Of a stretch of DNA of 64,000 bases, positions 1 to 10,338 are shown piece by piece. Both the position numbers and the translations under genes were made by a program. The notes under the pieces are model-generated. The model saw nothing but the letters and a program-made list of their open reading frames with translations, had not been told where the DNA came from and searched no databases. Source of the stretch: an uncultured Alphaproteobacteria bacterium (GTDB lineage: Bacteria > Pseudomonadota > Alphaproteobacteria > HIMB59 > GCA-002718135); contig CACGDO010000004.1 of assembly GCA_902571865.1 (NCBI GenBank), forward strand, positions 20,260 to 84,259, in the 5' to 3' direction. The stretch's first letter is position 1, and each line of letters begins with the position of its first letter.

Positions 1-148
1 TATGAAATTTATATGTTGTCCATCTATCATTTGAAATATTTTCTTGATTCACAATATCTGCAGCATTTGTGCAAAAATTTTCGTGAATTTTTTGAACGGG
101 CCCTGTCCATTTATAGACCTTTGCTTTAACACTTACAATTTTACTCAC
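1..148 (-). CDS. Enolase/mandelate-racemase superfamily acid-sugar dehydratase, L-lyxonate/L-rhamnonate dehydratase-like (N-terminal part only; runs off window start)
   Basis: Not in ORF track. Manual translation from GTG at 148: MSKIVSVKAKVYKWTGPVQKIHENFCTNAADIVNQENISNDRWTTYKFH, resembling the W-x-G...FCTNAxD...F-H N-terminus of LyxD-type dehydratases. Confidence 0.65.
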   Translation of the reverse strand, partial: MSKIVSVKAKVYKWTGPVQKIHENFCTNAADIVNQENISNDRWTTYKFH

Positions 149-197
149 AAAATAATTATTATACTAATTTAATTCAATTTAAGAGAATTTTTTAATA

Positions 198-1175
198 TTA
201 AGATAAGAGTTTAAGTAATAACTTTAAAGATTCTAGCATCGGACTTACATTAGCTTTATTTTTACCCACAATATCAAAAGCTGTTCCATGAGCAGGTGTA
301 GTTATAGGTATTGGTAGACCTCCTTGAACAGTAACACCTTTTTCAAATCCAAACGATTTAAGACCTGATTGTATGGCGTCATGATACATACCGACAAGAC
401 AATTATACTCTTTATTTTTATAAGCTCTAATAAATGATGTATCACATGGTAACGGGCCAAAAGCTTTGATTTTCATTTTTCTTGCTTTGTTTATTGCAGG
501 AATTATTATTTTTTTCTCTTCATTTCCAAACTCAGCGTGAGGATTTAAAGCTTGAACACCTACTTTCGGATTTTTTAATCCATTTTTTTTTAAATACTTG
601 TTAACTAATTTAATTGGTTCAATAATATTTTTAATAGTGATATTTTTTGCGACATCTTTAAGGGGAATATGTGAAGTTACTCGTGCAGTCCAAAAATTAT
701 CTAATACGTTAAGTTCGCAAACATAGCTTTTTATTTTAAATTTATTTTTAAAGTAATGGAGTTCATCCTTAAATTTCATACCAGCAAGATCTAAACTTGT
801 TTTATTAAACGGAGCAAAATTAATTCCATCTATTTTTTTCTTATTATATAAATCAACCGCTATATCGATAGAATTTAGAACAGAAATTCCTGATTTTGTA
901 TTTGCTTTTCCAATTGGATATCTTACTTTTCTTTTAGTAATATCAAAGAAAATCTTATTAGTATTTTTAAATTCTATCTGATCAAAATTATTAATAAATT
1001 TAATATTTTTTCTATTTTTTTTTTTCGTTAAATGTTGATCAAATATAGATTTTTCTCCAATAATTATAATATTTATTTTTTTTAAAATATTATGAGATAG
1101 AATTTTTGAAATTAATTCTGGGCCTATTCCAGATGGATCACCTAAAAGAACAGCTATACTTTTTTTATTTCTCAT
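198..1175 (-). CDS. pdxA: PdxA-family dehydrogenase (4-hydroxythreonine-4-phosphate dehydrogenase / PdxA2-like)
   Basis: GDPSGIGPE, TSHIPL, NPHA, MYHD and TPAHGTAFDIVGK motifs. Confidence 0.85.
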   Translation of the reverse strand: MRNKKSIAVLLGDPSGIGPELISKILSHNILKKINIIIIGEKSIFDQHLTKKKNRKNIKFINNFDQIEFKNTNKIFFDITKRKVRYPIGKANTKSGISVLNSIDIAVDLYNKKKIDGINFAPFNKTSLDLAGMKFKDELHYFKNKFKIKSYVCELNVLDNFWTARVTSHIPLKDVAKNITIKNIIEPIKLVNKYLKKNGLKNPKVGVQALNPHAEFGNEEKKIIIPAINKARKMKIKAFGPLPCDTSFIRAYKNKEYNCLVGMYHDAIQSGLKSFGFEKGVTVQGGLPIPITTPAHGTAFDIVGKNKANVSPMLESLKLLLKLLS

Positions 1176-2083
1176 TAAATTCTATAAAACTTCTCTGCAT
1201 TTTTAAAAAAAATTTTATTATGTTCATCTTTTGAAAAATTTTTTACTATTTCAAAATATGAATTCCAATAGTTATCAAAAGTGTTAAAAATTTTATCTAC
1301 TGGAAAATTTGATCCAAACATACACCTATCAATACCAAAAATCTCAATTGTCTTAAGAATAAAATATTCAGTTGAAATAATTGTCCAACTAGGATTAAAC
1401 ATTCCTAATCCTGATATTTTACAAACAAAATTTTTATGTTCGGCTAAAGATTGCATTTTTCTCATCCAATAATTTTTGTATTCTTTTGTTTGGAGACAAG
1501 GCTCGCCAGTATGATTTAAGATAAACAGAACATTTTGATATCGTTTAGCTAATTTACAAGCATCATCAAACTGATGAGGATATATTTGGATATCAAAAGA
1601 TAAGTCTCTATCGGCTATATGTCTAAAGTTATTTAGCCATACCTCGTCTTTTAGAAAATCTTTTTTAGCATGCGAATATTGAGGTTTATCTTTATCAAAT
1701 GACAAGATTTGTCTAATTCCTCTTACATTTTTATATACAAGGTGTTGATCAAGATCTTCACTGACTCTTTCTTTAGAAAAATCTGCAAATGCAACAATAC
1801 CATTTGGAATTTTTAAATTGTTATTATCTGAAATATTTTGTAACCATTTTGTTTCTTCTATCGGGTTCATTGCATCATGTTCAGCCTGAACATGTATTGA
1901 TTTTACAAGATTTTGATTTTTTGCATCATTTAAATAATCATCTAATAAATAACTTTTTTTAATACTTTTAAAACTTCCATAAAAAGCTTCTTCTTCATTA
2001 CTGCTTAACCAAGGATAATGTGTTTCTTTAGAATCAAGATCCCATAGATGATGATGTGAGTCAATAATAGCTATTCTTTCCAT
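1175..2083 (-). CDS. Amidohydrolase_2 family sugar lactonase (L-fucono/L-rhamnono-lactonase-like)
   Basis: IIDSHHHLWD, LNHTG, KISGLG and MFGSNFPVD motifs. Confidence 0.8.
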   Translation of the reverse strand: MERIAIIDSHHHLWDLDSKETHYPWLSSNEEEAFYGSFKSIKKSYLLDDYLNDAKNQNLVKSIHVQAEHDAMNPIEETKWLQNISDNNNLKIPNGIVAFADFSKERVSEDLDQHLVYKNVRGIRQILSFDKDKPQYSHAKKDFLKDEVWLNNFRHIADRDLSFDIQIYPHQFDDACKLAKRYQNVLFILNHTGEPCLQTKEYKNYWMRKMQSLAEHKNFVCKISGLGMFNPSWTIISTEYFILKTIEIFGIDRCMFGSNFPVDKIFNTFDNYWNSYFEIVKNFSKDEHNKIFFKNAEKFYRI

Positions 2084-2160
2084 TTATATTTTTTATAAAA
2101 TTGAATTTTTCCTATAAGTTTATAAAATTAATACATATATTTTATTTGAAAAGAGGTTTT

Positions 2161-2472
2161 ATGAATTACGCATGGATTCTTGAAATCCGACCAGGATATG
2201 AGGAAGAATATAAAAAAAGACATGATGAAATTTGGCCAGAAATGGTTCAAATGCTTAAAGAAGCTGGATTACGAAATTATAATATTTTTAGATATGGAAT
2301 AAAACTTTTTGGATATTTTGAAACTGATGATCTTAATAAATCAATTAATTTTATCTCTAATAGCGAAATAAATAAAAAATGGTCTGAATATATGGAACCT
2401 ATTATGAAAGTAGATATTGATCCAAAAACAAATTTTCCCTACTTATTACCATTACAAATGCATTTAGATTAA
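2161..2472 (+). CDS. rhaM: L-rhamnose mutarotase
   Basis: EEYKKRHDEIWPEM...NYNIF...KW motif; ATG 2161 preceded by GAGG. Confidence 0.85.
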   Translation: MNYAWILEIRPGYEEEYKKRHDEIWPEMVQMLKEAGLRNYNIFRYGIKLFGYFETDDLNKSINFISNSEINKKWSEYMEPIMKVDIDPKTNFPYLLPLQMHLD

Positions 2473-2481
2473 ATTTTAAAA

Positions 2482-3537
2482 ATGAATAAATTAAAAATTG
2501 GGGTAATAGGAGCTGGATGGTGGGCAACTGAAAACCACATTCCACATTTATTAGAAAGAAGTGAAGTAGAATTAACAAGTGTATGTAAACTCGAAGAAGA
2601 TCAATTAAAATTTGTTAAGGAAAAGTTTGGATTTAAATTTGCATCAACAAATTACAATGAGATGCTTCAATTATCTGATTTGGATGGGGTAATTATTTCT
2701 TCTCCTCATCACGCTCATTTTGAAAATGCCAAAGCTGCTCTTGAAAAAAAATGTCATGTAATGATCGAAAAACCCATGACGACGAATGTTAAAGATGCAG
2801 AAATATTAATTGAACTTGCTAAAAAATATAATAAGGAAATTTTAATTCCAAATGGTTTTAATTTTAAATCTTTTATGTCAAAGGCAGAGGAAATAATTTC
2901 AAATGGTTTAATTGGAGAAATTAAGCATTTAGACGCAGCTTTTTCTTCTTCTTTAACAGATTTATTTCAGGGCATACCTTTAAGTGAATCAAATAATCAT
3001 ACTTTTCAACCTCATGCATCAACTTGGTCAGATCCTGAAAAAGCTGGTGGTTATGGTTGGGGACAATTATCGCATATGTTTGCAGGTATATTAAAAATTA
3101 CTAATCTTGACCCAGAATGTATATTTTGTCTTTCAGTTCCATCGCCAACAAAAGTTGATTACACTAATGCGATATCTATGAAATTTGCTAATGGGGCAAC
3201 TGGATCATTTTCTGGCAGTGCTTTTGTGCCTAAAAATTTTGGAGGAACTTTTTATATTACAATTCATGGAACCATTGGTACATTATACTTAGATATGGAA
3301 ATAAAAAGAGAAAGGCTTTTTGTAAGATTAAATGATGGAAATATTATTGAACATAAAATTAAAGAGGGTGATGGTGCGTACTCTTATGGCACTAAAGAAG
3401 CATTGAATACATTTATTGATATATGTTTAAATAAAAACGTAACCAATCATTCAAATGGTGAACTTGCTCTTAAAACTGTGAAAATACTTGAAGCGATGTA
3501 TAAATCTCTGAAAAGTAAAAAATTAGAAAGAATATAG
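2482..3537 (+). CDS. Gfo/Idh/MocA family oxidoreductase
   Basis: IGVIGAG Rossmann motif, HVMIEKPM. Confidence 0.85.
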   Translation: MNKLKIGVIGAGWWATENHIPHLLERSEVELTSVCKLEEDQLKFVKEKFGFKFASTNYNEMLQLSDLDGVIISSPHHAHFENAKAALEKKCHVMIEKPMTTNVKDAEILIELAKKYNKEILIPNGFNFKSFMSKAEEIISNGLIGEIKHLDAAFSSSLTDLFQGIPLSESNNHTFQPHASTWSDPEKAGGYGWGQLSHMFAGILKITNLDPECIFCLSVPSPTKVDYTNAISMKFANGATGSFSGSAFVPKNFGGTFYITIHGTIGTLYLDMEIKRERLFVRLNDGNIIEHKIKEGDGAYSYGTKEALNTFIDICLNKNVTNHSNGELALKTVKILEAMYKSLKSKKLERI

Positions 3538-3543
3538 TTTACT

Positions 3544-4323
3544 TCACCATTTATTAACTGATCCTAAAAGTAATTTTTGTAAATTACTTCCACTTTTTTT
3601 TATCTTTGAAATAATTGGCCCATCAAATGTTTCTCGTGATTTCATCCATGAATTTTGATAGCATATTAAACACACTCTTCTATTAGACTTTGATTTATTA
3701 CCTAAACCCCTATGATATATCCATCCATTAAATATTATGGCTTGCCCAGGTTTTGCATATATTATTTTTTGATCTGGAAATTCAAAATCTTTTTTTGGCG
3801 GTTTAAATAAAGCTTTTTGACTTCCCGGAACAATTGCTATCGGACCATTTTTTTCAGTTAGAGGATCTAGATAATAACCACAATTAATTTGACCAGGAAT
3901 ACTTCCAATTGGGGTTCCATTTGGATCAACGGGCCAATGCCCATCTCTATGCCAATTTTGATTTTTTGATCCAGGACTTGATAGTCTTGCTGAAGCGCTA
4001 TGAAGTTGAATACAATTACCTAGAATTGCAGAAATTCTTTTTATTACAGGTTTATTATCAAGCAAAAATAAGAAGTTTTTATTATATTCAAATAAATTGT
4101 AATCTATATGTTCTTTTCCTTTAAGTTTTTTAAAAGTTTTATTAAAAGTTTTTCTTAACAGTACAATTTGATTATCTGTTAGAGCTTTATCAATAATAAG
4201 ATAGCCCCATTTAAGAAAAAAATTGACCTCTTTTTCTAATTTTTTATCTAAATCTGGATTTAATTTTTTTGGGATAATTTCGTTGTTATAATTTATTTCA
4301 AACTCATTATTTAATTTATACAT
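3544..4323 (-). CDS. Phytanoyl-CoA dioxygenase (PhyH) family Fe(II)/2-oxoglutarate dioxygenase
   Basis: GYLII, WHRD (HxD), NGPIAIVPGSQ, distal YHRG...N.S...R. Confidence 0.8.
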   Translation of the reverse strand: MYKLNNEFEINYNNEIIPKKLNPDLDKKLEKEVNFFLKWGYLIIDKALTDNQIVLLRKTFNKTFKKLKGKEHIDYNLFEYNKNFLFLLDNKPVIKRISAILGNCIQLHSASARLSSPGSKNQNWHRDGHWPVDPNGTPIGSIPGQINCGYYLDPLTEKNGPIAIVPGSQKALFKPPKKDFEFPDQKIIYAKPGQAIIFNGWIYHRGLGNKSKSNRRVCLICYQNSWMKSRETFDGPIISKIKKSGSNLQKLLLGSVNKW

Positions 4324-5686
4324 CAAAAACTTTACCAGGATTTAAAATATTGTTTGGATCGAAACTTTTTTTTATCAATTTCATTAGTGGAATATTATCT
4401 GAATGTTGTTTTAATAAATACTCTTTCTTTTGAAGACCTATACCGTGCTCCCCTGTTATAGTTCCATCCATTTCTAGTGCTTTATCAATTAATTTATTAC
4501 TAAATGCTCTAATATATTTATATTCATTTTCTTTGCTAGGATCGTAAACAACAGATACATGAAAGTTTCCATCCCCTACATGACCAACCATTGGTGCCCT
4601 TAATCCAGTGTCCCTAAGTTCTGTTTCTGCAAATTTAATACATTCCACAATGTTTGAAATAGGTACACAAACATCAGTGACATACACTCTAATGTTATCT
4701 CCTTCTGCTTTTACTGAATAATATACATTATGCCTTGCTTTCCAGATTTTATTTCTTTCTTCTGTGTTTTCTGCCCACTTAAATTCACTGCCATTATTAT
4801 TTTTTGAAATTTCTTCCACTACATCAATCGATTCTTTATTTGAAATTTCACTCCCATGGAATTCATAGAAAAGTGTAGGCAAGCTCTCTAAATTTTCTAA
4901 CTTTGAATATTTAATACTTATATCCATTTGATCTTTATTTAATAACTCTACTCTTGCAATTGGGACACCATACTGAATTATTTCTTGTGCTGTTAAAACT
5001 GCAGAGTCTAGATCTGGGAATTGACAAACAGCACTCATAATACTTTCAGGTATAGGTGATAATCTTAGATGAACTTCAGTAATAATCCCAAGTGTTCCTT
5101 CTGAACCAACAAAAAGGTTTGTTAAATTGTATCCTGCGGAAGTTTTTTTTGCCCTACTTCCTGTTTTAATTATATCGCCATTTGCCATTACGACAGTTAA
5201 ACCAAGCACACTAGTTCGCATCGTTCCATATCTTACTGCCATTGTTCCTGAAGCAGAACAAGCCGTCATACCTCCAAGAGAAGCATTTGCACCTGGATCT
5301 ATTGGGAAAAAAACTCCTTTATCTTTTAAAGTTTCATTTAGTTGTTCACGTGATACATTTGCTTGTACACGACAATCAAAGTCTGCCTCATTAATAGAAA
5401 TAACTTTGTTGAAATTTTCCATTGAAATTGTAAAACCTTCATCATTTCCAACAACATGACCTTCTAAAGATGTTCCAGTACCATAGGCAGTTACTGGTAC
5501 TTTAAATTCATTACAAATTTTTAAAATTTTTGAGAGTTCTTCGTTGCTTTTTGGAAACAAAACTGCCCTAGGCAGAACAGGATCATAGGCATCTTCACCT
5601 TTTGCATGATTATTTCTTACACTTTCTGAAAATGATATTCTTTCTTGTAAAATATCTTTTAAATTGTCTAATAATCCTCTATCCAT
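4316..5686 (-). CDS. FAD-linked oxidase, D-lactate dehydrogenase/GlcD family
   Basis: GTGTSLEGH, DPGANASLGGM, GSEGTLG, GHVGDGNFH, GEHGIG, NILNPGK. Confidence 0.9.
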   Translation of the reverse strand: MDRGLLDNLKDILQERISFSESVRNNHAKGEDAYDPVLPRAVLFPKSNEELSKILKICNEFKVPVTAYGTGTSLEGHVVGNDEGFTISMENFNKVISINEADFDCRVQANVSREQLNETLKDKGVFFPIDPGANASLGGMTACSASGTMAVRYGTMRTSVLGLTVVMANGDIIKTGSRAKKTSAGYNLTNLFVGSEGTLGIITEVHLRLSPIPESIMSAVCQFPDLDSAVLTAQEIIQYGVPIARVELLNKDQMDISIKYSKLENLESLPTLFYEFHGSEISNKESIDVVEEISKNNNGSEFKWAENTEERNKIWKARHNVYYSVKAEGDNIRVYVTDVCVPISNIVECIKFAETELRDTGLRAPMVGHVGDGNFHVSVVYDPSKENEYKYIRAFSNKLIDKALEMDGTITGEHGIGLQKKEYLLKQHSDNIPLMKLIKKSFDPNNILNPGKVFDV

Positions 5687-5719
5687 GAATTAATAATATT
5701 AATTATTCAATAAAAGTAA

Positions 5720-6719
5720 ATGAATACCACGCCATTAGAATTAGAAAATATATATGATTTAGCATATAAAGTACTTTCAGCCCATGGGTGTGATCATTTC
5801 AATGCTGATTCTGTAGCTACTACAGTTTCACATGCTGAAAGAGATGGAAGTGTTTCTCATGGATTATTTCGAATTCCTGGTTATGTAGCTTCTCTAAAAA
5901 GTAAAAAAGTAAATGGAGTTTCCCGACCTTCTAATACTTATCTTACACAAAATGCAATTCGCGTTGAAGGTGATTATGGGTTTGCTCCAGTAGGAATAAA
6001 AGTTGGTTTGCCTGAATTGATAAAAACGACAAATAAACATGGAGTTGGAGTTTTAACTATAACTAATACTCATCACTTTGCGGCATTATGGCATGAAACC
6101 GAAGCATTAGCTGAAAATAATTTAATTGGAATTGCATGTACTGCTTATAAGCCAAGTGTAGCACCAGCCGGTGCAAAAAAAACCATTATTTGGAACTAAT
6201 CCAATATCATTTGCTTGGCCAAGAAAAAATAAAACTCCTGTAGTTTACGATATGGCAACTTCAACAATGGCGATGGGAGAAGTTCAGGTTGCAGCACGTG
6301 ATGGTCACAAAGTTCCATTTGGAACAGGCTTAAATAAAGATGGAGAAAAAACTGATAATCCATCTGAAATTGCAAATGGAGGAGTCCTTCTAACATTTGG
6401 CGACTACAAAGGTTCTGCAATAGCAATGATGATTGAGTTATTAGCTGCTGGTTTAGTTGGAGATTTATTTAGTTTTGAAGCTAAAGAAGAAGATAATAAT
6501 GATGGAGGCCCTGCAAGAGGAGGTGAATTTATAATGGCTTTATCCCCTGAACTTATAGCAGGAAAAAATTGGAACGAACATGCTGAGAAATTTTTTGAAC
6601 AAATGACATCTTTAGATGGTGTGCGTTTACCTGGACAAAGAAGACATACAAATAGGCAAGATAAAGGTCCAAGACAAATCAATTCAGAACTAATAGAAAA
6701 AATAAAGAGTCTTATCTAA
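5720..6719 (+). CDS. Ldh_2 family (malate/L-lactate/sulfolactate dehydrogenase, DpkA-like) oxidoreductase, split by a +1 frameshift at A8 6175-6182
   Basis: ORF 5720-6199 (SHGLFRIPGY, HHFAALW) and ORF 6171-6719 (FGTNPI, DMATS, YKGSA, RLPGQRR) join as GAKKPLFGTNP if one A is removed. Confidence 0.85.
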
Positions 6720-6726
6720 TCCAGTT

Positions 6727-7917
6727 ATGGATAATATTAAATTAGATTTTCAAAAACACATTGATGCTGGCAGATGTAACGGAGCTGAATGGATAATAAA
6801 TCATAAAAATAATATTTATCATGAAGTAATTGGTTACAAAGATTTGGAGTTAAAAAATAAGCTTAATAAAAATTCATATTATAGAATTTGGTCAATGACT
6901 AAGCCAATTATTGGTTTTGCAGCAATGCAATTAATTGATAAAAATTTCTTATCTCTTGATGATACTATAGATAAACATTTATCTGATTTTAAAAATTTAA
7001 AAAAACTTAGCAGTATTGAGAGTAACTTAAAAAATACAACTTTTCTAGAAAACAAACCTACTGTTAGACAACTTTTACAACATACAGCAGGCTTTACATA
7101 TAACAGTTGTGATAATTTTTTAGCTAAAGAATATGAGGATAGAAGTTTATTTCATTCTGCATCTTCAAGTTTGGAGGAAGAGATTAGTAAAATTTCTGAA
7201 TTACCTCTTTTATATGAACCTGGTTCAAAGTGGCATTATTCTATATCTATAGATGTTTTAGCGAGAATTATAGAAGTTGTAACAAAAGATAAAATCTTTG
7301 ATGTTTTAAAAGAAAATATTTTTTTACCTTTAGAAATGAATAATACAAATTTTAGTATTGATGAAAATAGTAATAGTCAGTTAGTTGAAACATTTGAATA
7401 TAATAGTGATAAATTAAAACTAACAAATTTAAATTACGATAAAAGAAAGTTAATATTATACGGGTACCCAACAAATAATAAAAATTATTCCAGAGGAGGC
7501 CATGGTTTGTTTTCTACGGCTAAAGATTATGAAAAATTTGCTACAATGCTTATAGATGGTAAAAATAAAAAAGGAAAAGAGCTTATTAATTCTCAAAGTT
7601 TAGAATTAATGCGAAATAATTCTTTAAATAAAGAATTATTTCCAATTGAAATCACATCAATAAATACAAATAAAGATGCAGATTATGAAAATGATCTAGA
7701 TGGATATGGTTGGGGTTTAGGATTTAGAGTATTAATGAATAATACCTCTCAAAATAAGTTTGGTCCAGTTGGAGAATTTGGATGGTCAGGCTATGCCGCT
7801 ACTTATTTTTTGGCAGATCCAGAAAATAATTTGTCAGCTGTTTTAATGATGCAAATTTTAGATGCAGATAAGAATATTAAAAAAGATTTTTACAATAATA
7901 TCTTTAAAAATCTTTAA
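6727..7917 (+). CDS. Serine hydrolase, beta-lactamase class C/esterase family
   Basis: SMTK (SxxK), LLQHTAG, WHYS, FGWSG. Confidence 0.85.
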   Translation: MDNIKLDFQKHIDAGRCNGAEWIINHKNNIYHEVIGYKDLELKNKLNKNSYYRIWSMTKPIIGFAAMQLIDKNFLSLDDTIDKHLSDFKNLKKLSSIESNLKNTTFLENKPTVRQLLQHTAGFTYNSCDNFLAKEYEDRSLFHSASSSLEEEISKISELPLLYEPGSKWHYSISIDVLARIIEVVTKDKIFDVLKENIFLPLEMNNTNFSIDENSNSQLVETFEYNSDKLKLTNLNYDKRKLILYGYPTNNKNYSRGGHGLFSTAKDYEKFATMLIDGKNKKGKELINSQSLELMRNNSLNKELFPIEITSINTNKDADYENDLDGYGWGLGFRVLMNNTSQNKFGPVGEFGWSGYAATYFLADPENNLSAVLMMQILDADKNIKKDFYNNIFKNL

Positions 7918-8777
7918 TGAACATGCAATCAAATCCCTATACCTATGGAATAATTTTAACTCTTTTAACTTATTTATCTTTTGGTATTTTAGATACAATT
8001 CAAAAAACAGCAGTTCAATATCACTCTGTTTTTGTATTATTATTTGTAAAATTTACTTTCTGTTTTATTTTTTCTTTTTTTATTGCAAAAAAAAATAAAG
8101 TTAAAAAATTTTATCTTTCAAATAATTACAAGATACAAATAACCAGATGTATTTTATCTGTATGTGAATCTTGTTTTTTTGTATTGTCTTTTAGGCACTT
8201 AGCTCTGGCAGATGCTCACACAATAGGATCTTTAGCCCCTGTTCTAGTTTTAGTTTTTTCTTATTTTATTTTAAAAGAAAAAATAAATGTGGCCACTTGG
8301 TTAGCAATTTGTGTAAGTTTTTGTGGAGTTATTCTAATCATGCGACCTGGATTAACTATTTTTAATCCATATCTAATAATTCCATTATGTGCTGCTTTTT
8401 TCTATTCACTATTTCAAATAGCAACAAGATTAAATGCTAAGTATGATGATAATGAAACCATGTTATTCTACAATGGTCTTATAGGTGCTATCATTACATT
8501 TGTACTATCACTTTTTTTCTGGCAACCCCTACATTCATTTTCTTTTATCTTTTTTATTTTTTTGGGTATCTTTTTTTGTACTGGGCTATTTTTACAAATT
8601 AAGGCACTGAGTATTACACCAGCAAGTATTTTAGCACCTTATAATTATACTATAATTGTTTGGGGAATAATTTTTGGTTTATTAGTATATGGAGAAGTCC
8701 CAGATATATTTACGATTATAGGAGCAATTATTATTGTTTCATCTGGAATATTTATATTTAGATATTCTTACAAGTAG
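7917..8777 (+). CDS. DMT/EamA family transporter
   Basis: About 10 hydrophobic segments, LKEKI, GVILIMRPG, ASILAPYNY. Confidence 0.85.
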   Translation: MNMQSNPYTYGIILTLLTYLSFGILDTIQKTAVQYHSVFVLLFVKFTFCFIFSFFIAKKNKVKKFYLSNNYKIQITRCILSVCESCFFVLSFRHLALADAHTIGSLAPVLVLVFSYFILKEKINVATWLAICVSFCGVILIMRPGLTIFNPYLIIPLCAAFFYSLFQIATRLNAKYDDNETMLFYNGLIGAIITFVLSLFFWQPLHSFSFIFFIFLGIFFCTGLFLQIKALSITPASILAPYNYTIIVWGIIFGLLVYGEVPDIFTIIGAIIIVSSGIFIFRYSYK

Positions 8778-8826
8778 TTTTAATTTCTTTGTATCAATTA
8801 AAAAATTAATGTTATAAATTTAGGCT

Positions 8827-10311
8827 ATGTTTATTGGAATTGATCTTGGAACTTCATCAATCAAAATGATTTTAATTGATCACAATCAAAGCATCCTTGC
8901 ATCCGCTAATTCAAGTCTTACTGTACAATCCCCTAAAGATGGTTTTAGTGAACAAAATCCACAAGAATGGATTGACTCAACAATGGAATGCTTGGAGGCT
9001 TTAAAGTCAAAAAAACCAAAAGAATTTTCACAAACTATTTCAATAGGAATATCTGGTCATATGCATGGAGCTACGTTAATAGATAAGGATGGAAATGTTA
9101 TTAGGCCATGTATTCTTTGGAACGATACAAGATCATATCAAGAGTGTGAAGAATTTGAAAAACAAAATTTTGATGTACGATCAATCGCAGGAAATATTAC
9201 TATGCCTGGTTTTACTGCACCAAAAATAAATTGGATAAAAAATAATGAAATAGATAATTTCAAAAAAATTTTTAAAGTTTTACTCCCTAAAGATTATTTA
9301 CGATTTGTTCTTACTGGTGAATTTTTTTCTGAAATGTCAGATGCATCTGGAACATTATGGCTAGATATCCAAAAAAGAAAATGGTCCAATCAGCTTTTAT
9401 CTTGCTCATTTTTAGAAGAAAAACACATGCCAGATCTAGTGGAAGGCAATGAGCAGACAGGATTTTTAAAAAAAGATTTAAAAGAGAAATTTAATTTTAA
9501 TAATAATGTTAAAGTTGTGGGTGGAGCAGGGGATAATGCTGCCGCAGCAACTGGTATGGGTATAACAAATAAAAATCAATCATTTATATCTCTTGGTACT
9601 TCAGGCGTTTTTTTTACCCCCACTGAAAATTTTTTAAGTAATACTGTTGATGCAGTACATTCTTTTTGTCATTGTTTACCAAACAAATGGCACCTTATGT
9701 CTGTTATGTTAAGTGCGAGTAATTGTTTAGATTGGATTTGCGCTATTACCAATACTTCAATTGCTGATACACTTAATAATGTAGAGCAATTTTATAATGA
9801 TAAAAATTCTATAAAAAATTCATCATATTTTTTACCTTATTTGTCTGGAGAAAGGACTCCACATAATGATCCGCATATTAGAGGTTCACTCCATTCTATA
9901 AAAACAACTACAAATGCAACAGATTTACAGTATGCAGTAATTGAAGGTGTCAGTTTTGGAATATTAGATGGAGTAAATTCTATTTTGAAAGTTAATAATA
10001 ACTTTGATAAAATCTTCATGGTTGGAGGTGGTTCAAAAAGTTCATTTTGGATTGAATTGCTTGCAGCACTTTTAAATAGAAAGTTAAGTGTTTGTGATCA
10101 AAGTGAATTTGGTGCCGCACTTGGCGTTGCAAGATTAGCTATGTATCAGGATGTTACTATTGATAATAAAGAAAATATTATTAGTGAAATAAAAATAAGT
10201 AAAACTTATGAACCTAATGAAGATAACATTGATCTTTTATTACAAAGGTATTCAATTTGGAAAGATTTATATAACAGTAATAATAAAATTGCTAAAAATT
10301 TAAATTTTTAG
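8827..10311 (+). CDS. xylB: Xylulokinase (FGGY family)
   Basis: IGIDLGTSS, SGHMHG, LWNDTR, MPGFTAPK, YLSGERTPHND. Confidence 0.9.
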   Translation: MFIGIDLGTSSIKMILIDHNQSILASANSSLTVQSPKDGFSEQNPQEWIDSTMECLEALKSKKPKEFSQTISIGISGHMHGATLIDKDGNVIRPCILWNDTRSYQECEEFEKQNFDVRSIAGNITMPGFTAPKINWIKNNEIDNFKKIFKVLLPKDYLRFVLTGEFFSEMSDASGTLWLDIQKRKWSNQLLSCSFLEEKHMPDLVEGNEQTGFLKKDLKEKFNFNNNVKVVGGAGDNAAAATGMGITNKNQSFISLGTSGVFFTPTENFLSNTVDAVHSFCHCLPNKWHLMSVMLSASNCLDWICAITNTSIADTLNNVEQFYNDKNSIKNSSYFLPYLSGERTPHNDPHIRGSLHSIKTTTNATDLQYAVIEGVSFGILDGVNSILKVNNNFDKIFMVGGGSKSSFWIELLAALLNRKLSVCDQSEFGAALGVARLAMYQDVTIDNKENIISEIKISKTYEPNEDNIDLLLQRYSIWKDLYNSNNKIAKNLNF

Positions 10312-10338
10312 TAAATCTATCTTAAAAAAAATTATTCT

